DNA from: Squalus acanthias
Taxonomy: Eukaryota
Direction of reading: 5' to 3'
Length of the DNA: 64,000 bases
NCBI GenBank assembly: GCA_030390025.1
Contig: CM059431.1
Span: 128,838,001 to 128,902,000, forward strand
The notes under the pieces are model-generated. The model did no database searches. It was not told the DNA's origin and was given only the letters and a program-made list of their open reading frames with translations. Positions 50,786 to 63,588 of the stretch are shown here, piece by piece. The position numbers were made by a program, and so were the translations under genes. The number at the start of each line of letters is the position of its first letter. The stretch's first letter is position 1.

Positions 50786-51854
50786 CTTTGCAGGTTTGAC
50801 TGAAGGTGGCCGGGGATCCCAGGGCTCGGGATTCCCGGTGGCTGCAAAAAGGCGGCCTCAGCCTCGCGGAGCAATCCTTGTGGGCCAGGAGGAGCAGGAG
50901 TGCTTCCCCACCACCACAACTATCCTGGGCCCAGCACTTACCTTATCCTGTGGCTTCCTTGTCCGCGTTCCCCACTCGACTGGAGGTCAGCCTGTCAATC
51001 AGGCTGACTCTGGGCAGGGAACCCGCCCCTCACATTGCATGCACACTGTGGAGTTTGTGGAGTTAAGGGACACCCGATCTTCCGGGTTTCCTGCAGTCTC
51101 CCGGGTCCCCCCGCACCGTATGGGTGGGAGCCTGGAAAATCCAGCCCCTTCTGTTCCTGATTACTATCCAGTGACCCCTGCTGGAACAAGTGTGTGTATG
51201 GACATTGGGGAAAGACAGGATCAGGCTCAGCCAGGATGTGTACATGTGACATATCTGGAAAGCACTCACTACCTAGGCTCGCACATGAAGGCCAATGTGA
51301 CAAGAAACTGGTGCTGGTGGAAAGGTAACCCAGCAACTAGTCCTGGAAGGAAGGAGAAAAAGAGTAAATTAACATTGCTGTTAGAATTTCTTTTCTTATT
51401 TAAAAAAATATTTTGCCACGGTTTCCTCTGCTTCCTGGATCTCAACATCCAATTTGAAGGAAGAACTTATGGTGAAAAAAATGGCTGATGCTCACTTTCA
51501 TCCACACAAGGCCAAGAGATATGAAGCTTGATAGAGTTACATTATCGGCAAGAATTTTCAGCTAACACTGGAGCACTATTGTTGTTTGACAGATCTTATC
51601 TGTGGCATCGGTAGCTTGATTATGCCTAGTTAATATCACAAATCCACAACATTTTCATTTGGGAAAAGTTGAGATTGTACAAAACACTATTCATGAGAGA
51701 CAGCTCATTGGAACTGTTGTCAATTGTATCACAGTAATACAAGATATGGTTTTGCCAGTGATTTAGCTATATTCCGAATTTATGATCTTAGCCATACTAT
51801 CAGTGGGAGGTGCAAAGTATAACCTGTGCTTCTACTCAGGAAGGGAAAATTGTT

Positions 51855-52045
51855 GAAACCGAGGCAAAGTAGGTTAGGCACTAGCCTTTCATGTCTGTGA
51901 CCTGGGTTCAAATCTAGCTCCGAATGAAAGGATGAAAGTCTCTTTTGTCTGCTGGCTTGAAGGGCCCTGATTAAAATTAACGTGTACGGTCTCAATCCAG
52001 CTTCCATTGGGCATGGGCCAATAGCACAAAAGTGAAGAGGAACAG
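51855..52045 (+). mobile_element. Old tRNA-derived SINE, LF-SINE-like
   Basis: AGCCTTTCATGTCTGTGACCTGGGTTCAAATC head and GGTCTCAATCCAGCTTCC..GCACAAAA core resemble the LF-SINE consensus as I recall it. Confidence 0.5.
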
Positions 52046-52051
52046 CACTTA

Positions 52052-52750
52052 GGGGGAGAAATTCATTACAGCTCCATTTGGGGTGCTAACTTTTAAAATT
52101 TGAGAAAATTAGCACCAGGCGCTAATGTGTCTAAACTTCGAAAAAATTTGGTTTTGCGCTCCAGGAAGGAAGTGGAGCACTAAATCAAACGCTCCACTTC
52201 CTTCTTGCAGCGCAATCGGCAGCAGGCGGGGCGGAGACTTCAGCAGCACTGCAAACTGGGCCGTGCAGCGCTGCCGCGTTCAAAGGCTCCTTCCCTCCCT
52301 TCAAGGGAAGGGCCATCGCTGCAGACTCTGCAATATAAAAAGTACCTACCTGGACCACCAAAGCAGCCGCGATCCAGCGCGATCGCGGGCAGGAACACAC
52401 GAAAAAAACTGGAACAAGAAAGGTACATTTTTTTGTACTTACCACGGCCACCTCGCCTTTAATCATCACCCTGAAGCGGCCGGCCGCCCGATGCACACCT
52501 CCTGCAGCTGTCGGTGTTTTCAACCAGCGCTGCTGCAGGGGGCGGAAGTCAATTTCGAGTCTGGGGCGCTACCGGGGCGATACGCACCGTGATGACGTCA
52601 CGACCTCCGGGCGAAGGAGATCGGGGTGCAAAGCTGTCACGGCGCCGCAAAACTCCCGCCGAATATGGTGGGAGTCGATGTCAGCAAAGCCATTTGCGCC
52701 CCATTAGCGCCCCCTAACGGGAGGCGCAAAGGCACCCAATTTCACCCCCC
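52052..52750. mobile_element. Harbinger non-autonomous element related to family A
   Basis: TIRs GGGGGAGAAATT / AATTTCACCCCC; 3' part matches 5530-5752. Confidence 0.85.
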
Positions 52751-52829
52751 TCATCTTTTGATTAGGCACTTTACAGCCTCAACATTGAGTTCAACAATTT
52801 CAGATCATAACATCTGCCCTCATTTTTTT

Positions 52830-53165
52830 TAGACGACAGCTGTTGTTGATTCTGCTATTCCCATTTACACCTCTTCTAGACCCAACTTTTGTTTCTTTAC
52901 TTGTGCCATTATCATCTCCTTTTGCCTTGCACCATCATATCTTTTGTCATTTAACCACTCCTGCCTTCCACCCTATCACAGACCTTCCCTTTTGTTCTTT
53001 CCTCCCCTCCGCCCCTTTCCCTGTCTCTGCACTTGCTTAAAACCTGTTATATCTCAAACTTTTTCCAGTTCAGATGAAAGGTCATCGACCTGAAACGGTA
53101 ATTCTGTTTCTCTCTCCACAGATGCTGCCTGACCTGCTGAGTATTTCCAGCATTTTCTGTTTTTA
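52830..53165 (+). mobile_element. Penelope family-2 3' end with mutated hammerhead
   Basis: AGTTCAGATGAAAGGTCATCGACCTGAAACGGTAA followed by the conserved terminal segment. Confidence 0.85.
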
Positions 53166-53319
53166 TAGCACAAAAGTGCTGCCTAGCTTGGAACTAATTG
53201 GCAATGTCACACTGGAAAAATTGGTATGGGAAATAGAAATATATCCCACATTGATGGAGTAGGGAGTGCTTTTCTGAAGTTAGGGATGAAGACAAATTGT
53301 TGGGCTATTCTGCATTCAG

Positions 53320-55138
53320 GTGTGCTAAACTTAATGCTGATATTGGGTGCCTGAAACAGAAAGGCCGCCATTTTGCTGACCTCGGCGGGTCCGTGGCAGG
53401 CGACGTCGATGACGGGTCCCCACCCCGCTGCTGGCTCCATCCCGGCCTCTGAAATGAATTTCCCTTGATTGGGCTTGTTAAGCCCGCCCAGCATGTTTCT
53501 CAGCCAATTAGAGGAAGCGGGTCTGGTGACATCATTTGATGACGTGTCATCAGCCGGTTTCCTTAAAGGGACCATGGCCAAATTTATTTTGACATTAGTG
53601 CTGTCAGTATTCTACAGCATTGAGGTGCTGAAAACACTGACAAGCACTGCACAGAGGTGCAGGGCTGCACCCAGGCTCTCCCCTGTCACCCTCCATATGC
53701 TTATGGAGAGAGTCACAGCACGCGGGAGGTTCTCTTCCCTTCCAATGGGTGGAAGACACCTCCCCAGGTGATCAACATAGTCTGGTTGTACATTGCGCAG
53801 GAGGACACAAGCAGGGATGTGATCAGGAGGACCTGGGTGCAGTGCTGCAAATGTTTCAATGATCTTAGTAGATTACGAAACATTAGTACAAAGCCACACA
53901 CAACTTCATCCTGCTGTGCCTCTTATCACATCCCCATCACTCTGCCTTCCATACCCTACTCCTGCACATCCTTACTCACACCAACTTACCTTGCACCTCC
54001 ACCCATCCCTCTCTATCTACATTATCACATCCCCATCTCACTAGCCACCCCTCACACTCAACCTCATCCTAGTGCAATCACACTGACTAACAACACACAA
54101 GGGTTGGCACTTGGGTGTTTTATCCAATGTTCATGTAAAGTTTCTGTTAATGTGGTGTCAAACATTGAAACCTTTATTTTCAACACTTTGCATTCTTGGA
54201 CATTTTGTGTGCACCTTTGGAAGTGGTTTAGTGAGTTGCAGTGAACGATGAGACATAACGGTAACCCCCGCAATGATGACGATTGTGAAAGGAATGGCTT
54301 GGACATTGTAGGGATGCTTTATGGTGTTGGTGTGGGGTGGTGGCACCAACCTGGCGCATCATGTGGCAGCCAGGGTGTACAGCGTCAAGTGAAGTAAATC
54401 TAGCCATGGTGAGACCATCCCTGGCCTCCCGGGCAGCAATGTGGCTGGGTGCTGATGCCCTCTGTCCTGTGCAGCATCAGGTGATTTCGGAAAAGGTTGG
54501 TAGTGTTGTTGTTGGTGCTGCTGGTTTGCTTGGTGCTGCTGGTGTTGTGGCTGATCGTGGTGGGATTCTGAGGAACAGGATGAGAGAGTTTAAAGGGCAC
54601 CCATGCTGATGGAATAGAATGCAGGTGAAATAGAGATGACAAGCGTTCTGTCAATTGTGAGAGAGGTAATGAGGTCAGACTGGATGGAGACTTGTGTAAA
54701 GACTTGTAGAATGGTGAATCTGTTGTGGAAATGCAGTGAGGAAGAGTTTGTGGCTGAGGGAAGATATCTCTGTAAGGTGGAAGCTGTTACTGTACATTTG
54801 AAGCTGTCAACTCAACAGCTGATTCAATGGCCACTGAACTCCCGCCTCAGCTTGACAGACATGGCCGGCGACCAGTGTGGACCCTTTGGGTGAGCTGTCA
54901 AATGCAGATGGTGAGCTGAAATTCATTCTCTAAACAAGCCACTAATGACCTGAATTGGGTCTCCCGCTGTGAACCCATTGCTGCGTATCGGGTCTGCTCA
55001 GCGCTGACAGACCCGACATCGGGGAAAGGCGCGTGGTGGCGGGTTCACAGCGGGGTCCTAACCTACTGGGGAGAAAAAACACTTTCCCACCCGACCCGCC
55101 ACCAATCACGCCCACTGACCACCCGCAAAATCCAGCCC
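53320..55138 (+). mobile_element. Degenerate Harbinger (Myb exon 1 remnant plus transposase C-terminus on the minus strand)
   Basis: 53470-54110 is colinear with 58260-58910; RRTWVQCCKCFNDL; right TIR AAAATCCAGCCC. Confidence 0.78.
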
Positions 55139-56924
55139 AAAGTGTTCCATTGCCCAGCACTAAGATCCCTCAGCTTATGGACATTAAAAAGAGGGAGGAA
55201 AAATCGGAGAGCAAGCCAGCCTGGCTGTTGTCAAGGATGGGTAGATTTTTTTTTTAAATAAAAGAAATAAAAATTCCATACAATTATTGAGTGATTTGAA
55301 CAAATATAAAAATATTCTATACAATTCTGCATCTATTCAACATATCTGAATTATTTCACAACCACTACCCTTAGGAACAAATCTCCTCATTAGTATTGGT
55401 GTTAGAGGTTGTACATCAGACCTTCCCCCTTCAGTTATTGGACTACAAATTCAGCCTCACGAAGCCAGTTTTTCTGGCACAAACTGGCCGACTAAGCTCC
55501 CAATATGGCGGGCAAGATGTGTGCACACATTTCTGGCTGGAACTGCACCATTTGCCATATTGGGAAAGGAAGGAAAAAGCACCCAGGGCCTACACCTGAA
55601 GCAGGCATTAATCCTTTGCAAATACAAATGAATGTCAAACGCCTGTTTGAGGCTTCCACTTCAAGACTGGTTTGCCCTGAGGCAGCCCGCACCAGCACCG
55701 GCTGTAATCAGTAAAACCAGACCATCGGCCGGCCTGCGATCTAAAAGGTAAGATTTTCACATTTACTTACCTGAATGTGCAGCCAGGAGGAGCAGGAGTG
55801 CTTCTCCAAACCCCACATTTAGCGAAAGTTCACCAACATTCCCAACCCCACTGAACGCCGCCATTCCTGACTCCCCCTATCCCCGCAGCCCGGATCACAT
55901 CAGCTACCGATCCTCGGACTCCTATCCTCACCCCCCCCACCCCACCATCATTCTCCCTCCTGCCATCCTCTTACAACCTCCAATCCACCCCCCTCCCCCC
56001 ACCTCCCGGCCTCCGATAACGACTCACCCCATCCCACCCCAGCTTCACTTACTTGAGGGCTACTGTGACACTAACAGTGGATCATTCTTGGTCTTCTCTT
56101 CGCCAGCTGCCTGTTCGTGCCATGCTGGCTCCATTATAATGATGCCCGAGACACATGATCGTGGAAAGAAAAGCATGTCATCATGAGAATGCTTCTTAGA
56201 TTAGGTCCTCTATCGCTAATAAAGCAGAACGTTCTTAAATTTGCACATTCTGTAGTCAAATATTTTTAGAACTATGACCATAGCTGAATGTAATTGTTTT
56301 GAAATATTATTATGGATTTGAGCTGCTTCAGAAAGTATATTGAGGTTGGACGGTAACTACTAAGGGTTTTTTTTTAGTTTTACCTGAAAGTATTGTTTTA
56401 TTTATTTTGCTTAGTGATGTAAACCATTTTATTGTGCAACTGAGTAAGTACTGGCCCATGAAAATCAATTTCTACTGGGCACAGACATCAACATATTGTA
56501 ATTTCATATGAAGGCTATAGGGAGGAATTACATTCAAAGGACACGTCAGAAATACAAACCTTTTCCTTCCTGAAACAAAACAAGATTCATTTAAAAAATA
56601 AAGAAGGCATAGAGACCTTTATGAACACCTGGCATGTTGGAGTTAGTTATTATTTAGTTGTTTTAAAATAGGAACATATATTTTATTCTTCTGTGCTTCA
56701 CCCTCTCTATTGAACTTCATATGGCATGGTGATCACAGTGCACTATAATTTCCAGTATATTATTATTGCTTTAAGAATATAATCCAGATGTCACAGTAGA
56801 AATCCATTTGCTATATTGAAATACATACCACAGGGAACAGGTAAAAATCATTTGTTCACTGAATAAAATGAAGTATGAAGTAAAAGATTAACTTGCAGGG
56901 TCTTTTTTTTAATAAAAGACGCAC

Positions 56925-57051
56925 ATATACAGGTGCCCTAATATAATTTCTGCCCTCCTTTGTTGAACAAAATGTATCACAAAGATGCTTTTGCAACAGT
57001 TCAAACTGAATAATATTTAGTCCAATATGTGTGTTTCGTGAAGCGTACATG
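56925..57051 (-). CDS. Second candidate host exon (MYASRNTHIGLNIIQFELLQKHLCDTFCSTKEGRNYIRAPVY)
   Basis: Acceptor TTTCTATTATTCAG|C, donor TAT|GTGCGT, single open frame in AT-rich unique DNA. Confidence 0.35.
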
Positions 57052-57224
57052 CTGAATAATAGAAATATGATTAACACAATTGATGGATTTGGATAAATAA
57101 GATCAACAGTAACCTGAGTAAAATCTGCAATGGCTTATTTTTGTTGCAAATATCTTCATAATGTTACTCACATTGAGGCAGAGGCAGCACTGTGATGGAG
57201 GCCCAGCAGTTTTTGCAACGCTGA

Positions 57225-57541
57225 GGGCAACACGGTGGCATAGTGGTTAGCACTGTTACCTCACAGCGCCAGGGACCCGGGTTCGAATCCGGCCTCGGGT
57301 GACTGTCTGTGTGGAGTTTGCACATTCTCCCCGTGTCTGCGTGGGTTTCCTCCGGGTGCTCCGGTTTCCTCCCACAGTCCAAAGATGTGCGGGTTAGGTT
57401 GATTTGGCTATGATAAATTGACCCTTAGTGTTAGGGGGATTAAATACGTGGGGTTATGGGGATAGGGTGGGATATGTGTCGGTGCAGGCTCGATGGGCCG
57501 AAATGGCATCTATCTGCACTGTGGGGATTCTGTGATTCTGA
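57225..57541 (+). mobile_element. V-SINE (HE1-like), full length
   Basis: A and B boxes, V-domain, GATTCTGT tail; close match to 37953-38265. Confidence 0.93.
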
Positions 57542-58153
57542 GAGCCTGGGGTTTGGAAGTGCTGAGGTGGGGGAGAGGAGCAGTGGTCAAGCAGCGCTGG
57601 GATTAGAGAACAGTTCAGGGGAGGAGAGGAACAGTCATCAGCCCGGGACCCTGAGCAGCTGAGAAAGTGGCTGCAGCTGCACAAGCAAAGGAGAAAGCAG
57701 TTACAGCCATAGCAATACCCAGATATTATCTGCAACACGATCACTGATAATGGCTGTGGCCACACAGAAAGGGACTGTGGCCAGCAGAAGGGAATGAGAA
57801 AGTTGCCATGACTACATTAGGAGGCTAGAAAGTGGCGATGGCCAGAACAGCAATACCAAGAATGACGATGGATGCACCATTGGCCAGAAAGTGGCTCTAG
57901 TCACAAAAGGAATGGTTGTGGCCAGAGCAAAAACACTGATAGCAGCAGCAGCCATACCAAATGGTCAGACAGTGGCCATGGTTGCTGATGAATGCAAGTT
58001 GTGCAACAGGAGGAAAAGTTATTGGTTGCATTTCCAATGGTATTTGGACAATTTATGAGGTGAGTTTAATATTTTTGCAAATTATTTGTTTTTATATGTT
58101 ATACTTTAAATTGTATATGTTCCCTGTGTGTAATTATCTGGCTGAGGAAACAT

Positions 58154-60306
58154 GGGCCGGAATTTTCTTTACCTGGGCGGGTCGGGTGTGGGCAGTAGCC
58201 ATGGTGGGTCACGACCCTGTTGGTGCTTCCATGCAACTCCAGAAATTGACTTTGCGTTAACGTGGCCTATTAAGACCACCCTGTGCTTTACCCGGCCCTA
58301 TTAAATGGTGTGGGTCTGATGATGTCATCCATGACACGTTTTCAGCCAGGATATTTAAAGGAGCCATGGCCACATTGCATTTGAAGGTTCATCTAGGAGT
58401 GTGCAGGCAGCACACTGGACAAATCGACTGCTGCAAACAGTTCCACAGATGTCTGCACAGAGACAGAGGGCTGCACCCAGGTTCTCCGATGACTCCCTCC
58501 ATATGCTTGTGGAGGGAGTCAGAGCACGTGGGGAGGTCCTCTTCCCTTCGAATGGGCAGAAGAGACCTCCCCAGGAGACAAAAAGAGCCTGGCTCCAAAT
58601 TGCAGAGGAGGTGAACAGCAGGGATGTGGTCAGGAGGACCTGGGTGCAGAGCCGGAAACGTTTCAATTATCTCATTAGATCAAGAAAGGTGAGTACAAAG
58701 CCACACTCAACTTCATCCTGCTGTGCCTCTCATCACATCACATCAGTCTGCCTTCCCATCCCTACTCCTGCCCATCCTTACTCACACCAACATACCTTGC
58801 ATGTTCACCCATCACTCTCTCTCTATCTACATTATCACATCCCCATCTGACTAGCCACCCCTCACACTCACCCTCATCCTAATGCAATCATACCAACTAA
58901 CAACACACAAGGAGGCCACTTGGCATTGGCACCCCACTCCATCATAGTCTCCCTCTAAAGATGTAACCCATCCATTCCTTACACTCATTCCATCACTCTC
59001 ACTCAACCTTCGCTTCTTTCCCTCCTTGCAGGAAAAGAGAGCCCACAATAAGAGGGAGAGGGAGAGAACCGGAGGTCGCCCTCCATCATGTGCCACCCTT
59101 ACAATAGCAGAGGAGACTGCCTTGGAAGTATCTGGAGTTGCCGAGCAGCTGAAGGAGGGAGACGGAGAGAGGGGGACCTCTCAGCAACCTGGTGACAGAA
59201 TTACATCTCATACAGCACATGGCATACAACAGTCACTCATATGGGGACTGATGTCAGCAGCCATTGACTGGCCATCATTTGCATAATGGTATCTGTACCC
59301 ATTCTTCATATGACGTATCTAACTCCTCTCTTTAGTCTCCCACCTGTCCATCAAGACCCCCACCACCCCCGACACTGTCCAGGAGGAAAAGGAAGACAAC
59401 TCCTCAGAGCAGCCTCCAGCCTCTGAGGGTGCACCGTCACCAGACATAAGCGCACCCAGCACCAGCACAGATGTGTACACCTTGGTGGGTCCCAAGCGAG
59501 ATAGAGTAGTGTTGGCACCTGGTGTGTCACAAGTCACAAGTGAGCAAGAGCAGATGGTGGAGACAAGGACAGCAGTGGAGACTCCTCGCTGGAAGGCGCA
59601 GGCTGCTCCCAGCTCAACTCAGCTGCATGCAGATGCTGAGCCTCGGGGGCCATCCAGAAAGAGGGCAATCCTGGAGGTGCAGCAAGAAGTGCAGGAGGCT
59701 TTGACAGGTTTTGCGAGCGCAATGTCTGCAAATGTGCAGAGAATGGAGGAGTCCATCTCCAACATGAGCACCACCGTGTTGCAGGCAATGGCGACTGTAG
59801 GCTTTTCCATGGATAGGAAGGCCACCTACATGGAGCAGCTAATGTGCCACTCACAGGAGCACATGATATCTATGGAGAATAGATGGCAGAGGCTCATAGA
59901 CCTCATCTCTAGGAGGGATGTCAGCGTAAACGTGGGTCCTCATGGCTCCACTGATGTGCAGCAAGGTGCTCTCCAGATCCTTGTTAGCAGGGAAGTGTGG
60001 GTGGCCCATGAGAGGGATGATGGTGAGAGAGGACATGGAAGTGGGGGCTCCTCTCAAAGCGCTTACACTTCTCCCCCGTTGCCACCCACTCAGTCAGAGC
60101 CCTAGATGCCTCCTCAGACAGCGATGGCCAAGTCTGCCCCTGCACAATCACAGGAGGAGAAAACTTTGGCCGGGCCATCAGAGGTTCCAAAACCCAGAAG
60201 ATGTCCGCCAAGAGTGTCTAAGCAGTGGCAGCAGGGAAGTGAACAGTTTGCCTCCCTCCCGACCCGCCTCCGATCACGCTCGCAAGGACCCCATAAAATT
60301 CTGGTC
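58154..60306 (+). mobile_element. Harbinger element carrying only the Myb/SANT gene
   Basis: TIRs GGCCGGAATTTT / AAAATTCTGGTC; no transposase motifs inside. Confidence 0.82.
58449..60105 (+). CDS. Spliced Myb/SANT-like DNA-binding protein, 389 aa (exons 58449-58688, 59032-59191, 59336-60105)
   Basis: AAPRFSD..WLQIAEEV..RTWVQSRKRFN; GT-AG junctions with compatible phases (0, then 1) and no internal stop. Confidence 0.75.
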
Positions 60307-60529
60307 AGAGTGAACAAATGTGAACCCTCAAGCTTTGCAGACAACTGACAAAACTTACCATTTGTATCAGGTAAAGTTCGGGACAAGATTCTAACCACAG
60401 CTTTTTTTTTAAAACTCCTTGGGGGTAATTTTGACTTTGGGTGATAGTGTAAAGCGGGCCATGTCGATTCATCTCTCCCGATTTTAATTTCCATTGTCTT
60501 CAATGAAAATGATCAGTAATGGTTGTTGA

Positions 60530-61510
60530 CAGCAGTTTTCCTCTTCCTTATTTACCTGTTGCCCTTTGGTGATATCATCTGCAGACATAGGGTCAGCTAC
60601 CACATGTAAGCTGATGACACCCAGCTCTACCTCTCCACCACCTGACTCGACCCCTGCACTGCCTGTGTGCTGTCAGACTGCTTGTCCGAAATTGAGTTTT
60701 GAATGAGCTGCAATTTCCTCCAGCTAAACATTTGGTAGACCACAGTCATTGTTGTTGGACTCCCCCACCACAATTTCCGTACCCTCGCCATCAACTCCAT
60801 CCCCCTGCTTGGACACTAGCTCAGGTTGAACCAGACTGTTTGCAAATTTGGCATATTATTCAACTGCAAGGTAAGCTTCCAACCCCATGTCCTCCCCATC
60901 ACATAGATCACCTGCTCTCACCTCCAACATCACCCACCTCAATCCATCTGCTGCTGAAACCCACATCCATTCTTTTGTCATCTCCACACTTGACTATTCC
61001 AATGCTGTCCTGGCTGGTCTCCATACTCCATAAACTTCAGCTCATCTAAAACGCTGCTGTCCGCATCCTAATCCGCACCAAGTCCTGCTCACCCATCACT
61101 CCTGTGCTCGCTGACCTACATTGGCTCCTGGTCACCCAACACCTCCATTTTAAAATTCTCTTCCTCATGTTTAAATCCCTTCATGGCCATTCCTGTCTTA
61201 TTTCTGTAACCTCCTCCAGTGCTACACCCCCGACAATCTTTCCATGCCTCTGACTCTGACCTCTCGCCCCCTTCTTTCACCCACCATTGGCGATTGTGCC
61301 TTCAGTCGCCTAGGCCTCACACTCTGGAATTCCCTTTCCAAACCTCTCCACCTCCCTCTTCTGCCTTAAGACCCACCTATTTGGCCCAGCATTTAGTCAG
61401 ACCACTTATAATTTTTGGCTCATTGCCTGTTTTTTCCTTATACTTCTATGAAGTTCCTTGGGATAGTTTTCTACATTAAAGGCACAATATAAAAGCAAGT
61501 TATTGATGAT
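60530..61510 (+). mobile_element. L2 LINE 3' part, degenerate
   Basis: ADDTQLY and HITPVLADLHWL-like motifs; tail AAGGCACAATATAAAAGCAAGTT. Confidence 0.85.
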
Positions 61511-61571
61511 GAAGAATACACAGGATAAGGAAAGGATGATAATGTTGATGAGCATGTCCCCAAAACTCATC

Positions 61572-63205
61572 AGAGGCAGTTTTTGAAAAAGTGACGTCAG
61601 AGTAAAGAAAGTGACATCGGCATAAGGGAAACAGCTGATTAGTGAGTAGCTGACTGGAAGGAGCAGACCTGGAGGGAGCACAGTGAGAGCGGAGCAGTTA
61701 AAAAGAGCAGTCCCGAGTGGCAGGAGCTGGAGACCGGAAGGAGCGGACCTGGAGGGAGCACAGCGAGAGCGGAGCAGTTCAAAGGAGCAGCAGCAACTCA
61801 ACAGAGGCAGTTTTTGAAAAAGAGACGTCAGAGTGAAAAAAGTGACATCGGCACAAGGGAAGGAGCTGATTGGTGAATAGCTGGTGAGTGTTTTGTGTTA
61901 AGTTTTATGTTTATTTCTGCTGGGTTACTTCTTAGTCTATTAAATAGAGGCATGGCAGGGCAGCTCAGTCCCGTGGAGTGCACATCCTGTGCCATGTGGG
62001 AAGTTCTGGACGCTTCACGTAGCCTGGACGACCACATGTGCGGGAAGTGTCACCAGCTACAGCAACTCGATCTCCGGGTTTCGGAACTTGAGCGGGAAAT
62101 GGAGTCACTGCGGTGTATCCGCGAGGCTGAGAGTTACTTGGATAGCACATTTCTTGAGGTGGTCACTCTGCAGCTTAAGAGTATGTAGGCAGAGAGGGAA
62201 TGGGTGACCGCCAGACAGAAGAGGAGGACCAGGCAAGTAGTGCAGGAGTCCACGGAGTGCATCGCACTCTCCAACCAGTCGCCTTATCTGAGGAAGGATG
62301 TTCTTGCCATGGAGGGAGTGCAGTGAAGATTCACCAGACTGATACCTGGGATGGCAGGAATGGCGTATGAAGAGAGATTGGGTCGATTAGGCTTATATTC
62401 GCTAGAGTTTAGAAGAATGAGAGGGGATCTCATTGAAACTTATAAAATTCTAACAGGACTAGACAGACTAGATGCAGGAAGGATGTTCCCGATGGCGGGG
62501 GAGTCCAGAACCAGAGGTCACAGTCTAAGGATAAGGGGTAAGCCATTTAGGACTGAGATGAGGAGGAATTTCTTCACCCAGAGAGTGGTGAACCTGTGGA
62601 ATTCTCTACCACAGAAGGCAGTTGAGGCCAATTCATTAAATATATTCAAGAAGGAGATAGATATATTTCTTAAGGCTAAAGGGATCAAGGGGATATGGGG
62701 AGAAAGCAGGGACAGGGTACTGAATTTGGATGATCAGCCATGATCTCATTAAATGGCGGAGCAGGCTCGAGGGGCCAAATGGCCTACTCTTACTCCTATC
62801 TTCTATGTTTTTATGTTTCTGTTCTGAGTACTGGTGAGGGCGATGGTTCCTCTGGGGAGTGCAGCCAGAGTCAAGTCCACGGCACCACGGGTGGCTCAGC
62901 TGCACAGGGGAGGAGGAAAAAGAGTGGTAGAGCAATAGTGGTAGGGTATTCAATAATTAGGGGAGCAGACAGGCGTTTCTGCGGCCATAGACGTGACTCC
63001 AGGATGGTATGTTGCCTCCCAGGTGCCAGGGTCAAGGATGTCACTGAGCGGCTGCAGGACACTCTGAGGGGGGAGGGTGAACAGCCAGAGGTTGACCATA
63101 TCAGTACCAATGACATAGGCAGAAAGAGGGATGAGGTCCTGCAGGCAGAGTTTAGGGAGCTAGGAGAGAGATTAAAAAGCAGGAACTCAAAGGTAGTAAT
63201 CTCAA
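61572..63205 (+). mobile_element. CR1 5' UTR and ORF1 (zinc finger/leucine zipper plus SGNH esterase), interrupted
   Basis: CTSC..CGKC with heptad leucines; IVVGYSIIRG..CLPGARV..HISTND. Confidence 0.9.
62279..62818 (+). mobile_element. CR1 3' fragment inserted in ORF1
   Basis: YEERLGRLGLYSLEFRRMRGDLIE and tail. Confidence 0.92.
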
Positions 63206-63588
63206 ATGTCTGTCAATCTCCACCTTGAATATATTCAGTGACTCCGCCTCCACAGCTCTCCGGGGTAGAGCATTCCAAAGATTCACGACCCTCTGAGAGA
63301 AGAAATTCCTTCTCATCTCCGTCTTAAATGGGTGGCCCTTATTCTGAAACTATCCCCCACTAGGGGAAACATCCTCTCAGCATCCACCCTGTCAATCCCC
63401 CTCAGAAACTTAGATGTTTCAATAAGATCACCTCTCATTCTTCTAAACTCCAATGAGTATAGGCCCAACCTGCTCAACCTTTCGTCATACGTCAATCCCT
63501 TCATCCCAGGAATCAACCTAGTGAAGCTTCTCTGTACTGCCTCCAATGCAAGTATATCCTTCCTTAAATATGGAAACCACAACTGTAC
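63206..63588 (-). mobile_element. CR1 ORF2 C-terminal fragment
   Basis: PYLRKDILALEAVQRSFTRLIPGM. Confidence 0.9.

Noticed and set aside
50775..51488. 237-aa ORF
   Set aside because: Spans Penelope, MITE and unique DNA junctions with no recognisable domain
57225..57295. tRNA gene
   Set aside because: It is the head of a V-SINE, continuous with the V-domain and tail
57750..57990. Recurring GTGGCCAG motif
   Set aside because: Too degenerate to define a unit; probably a decayed tandem repeat
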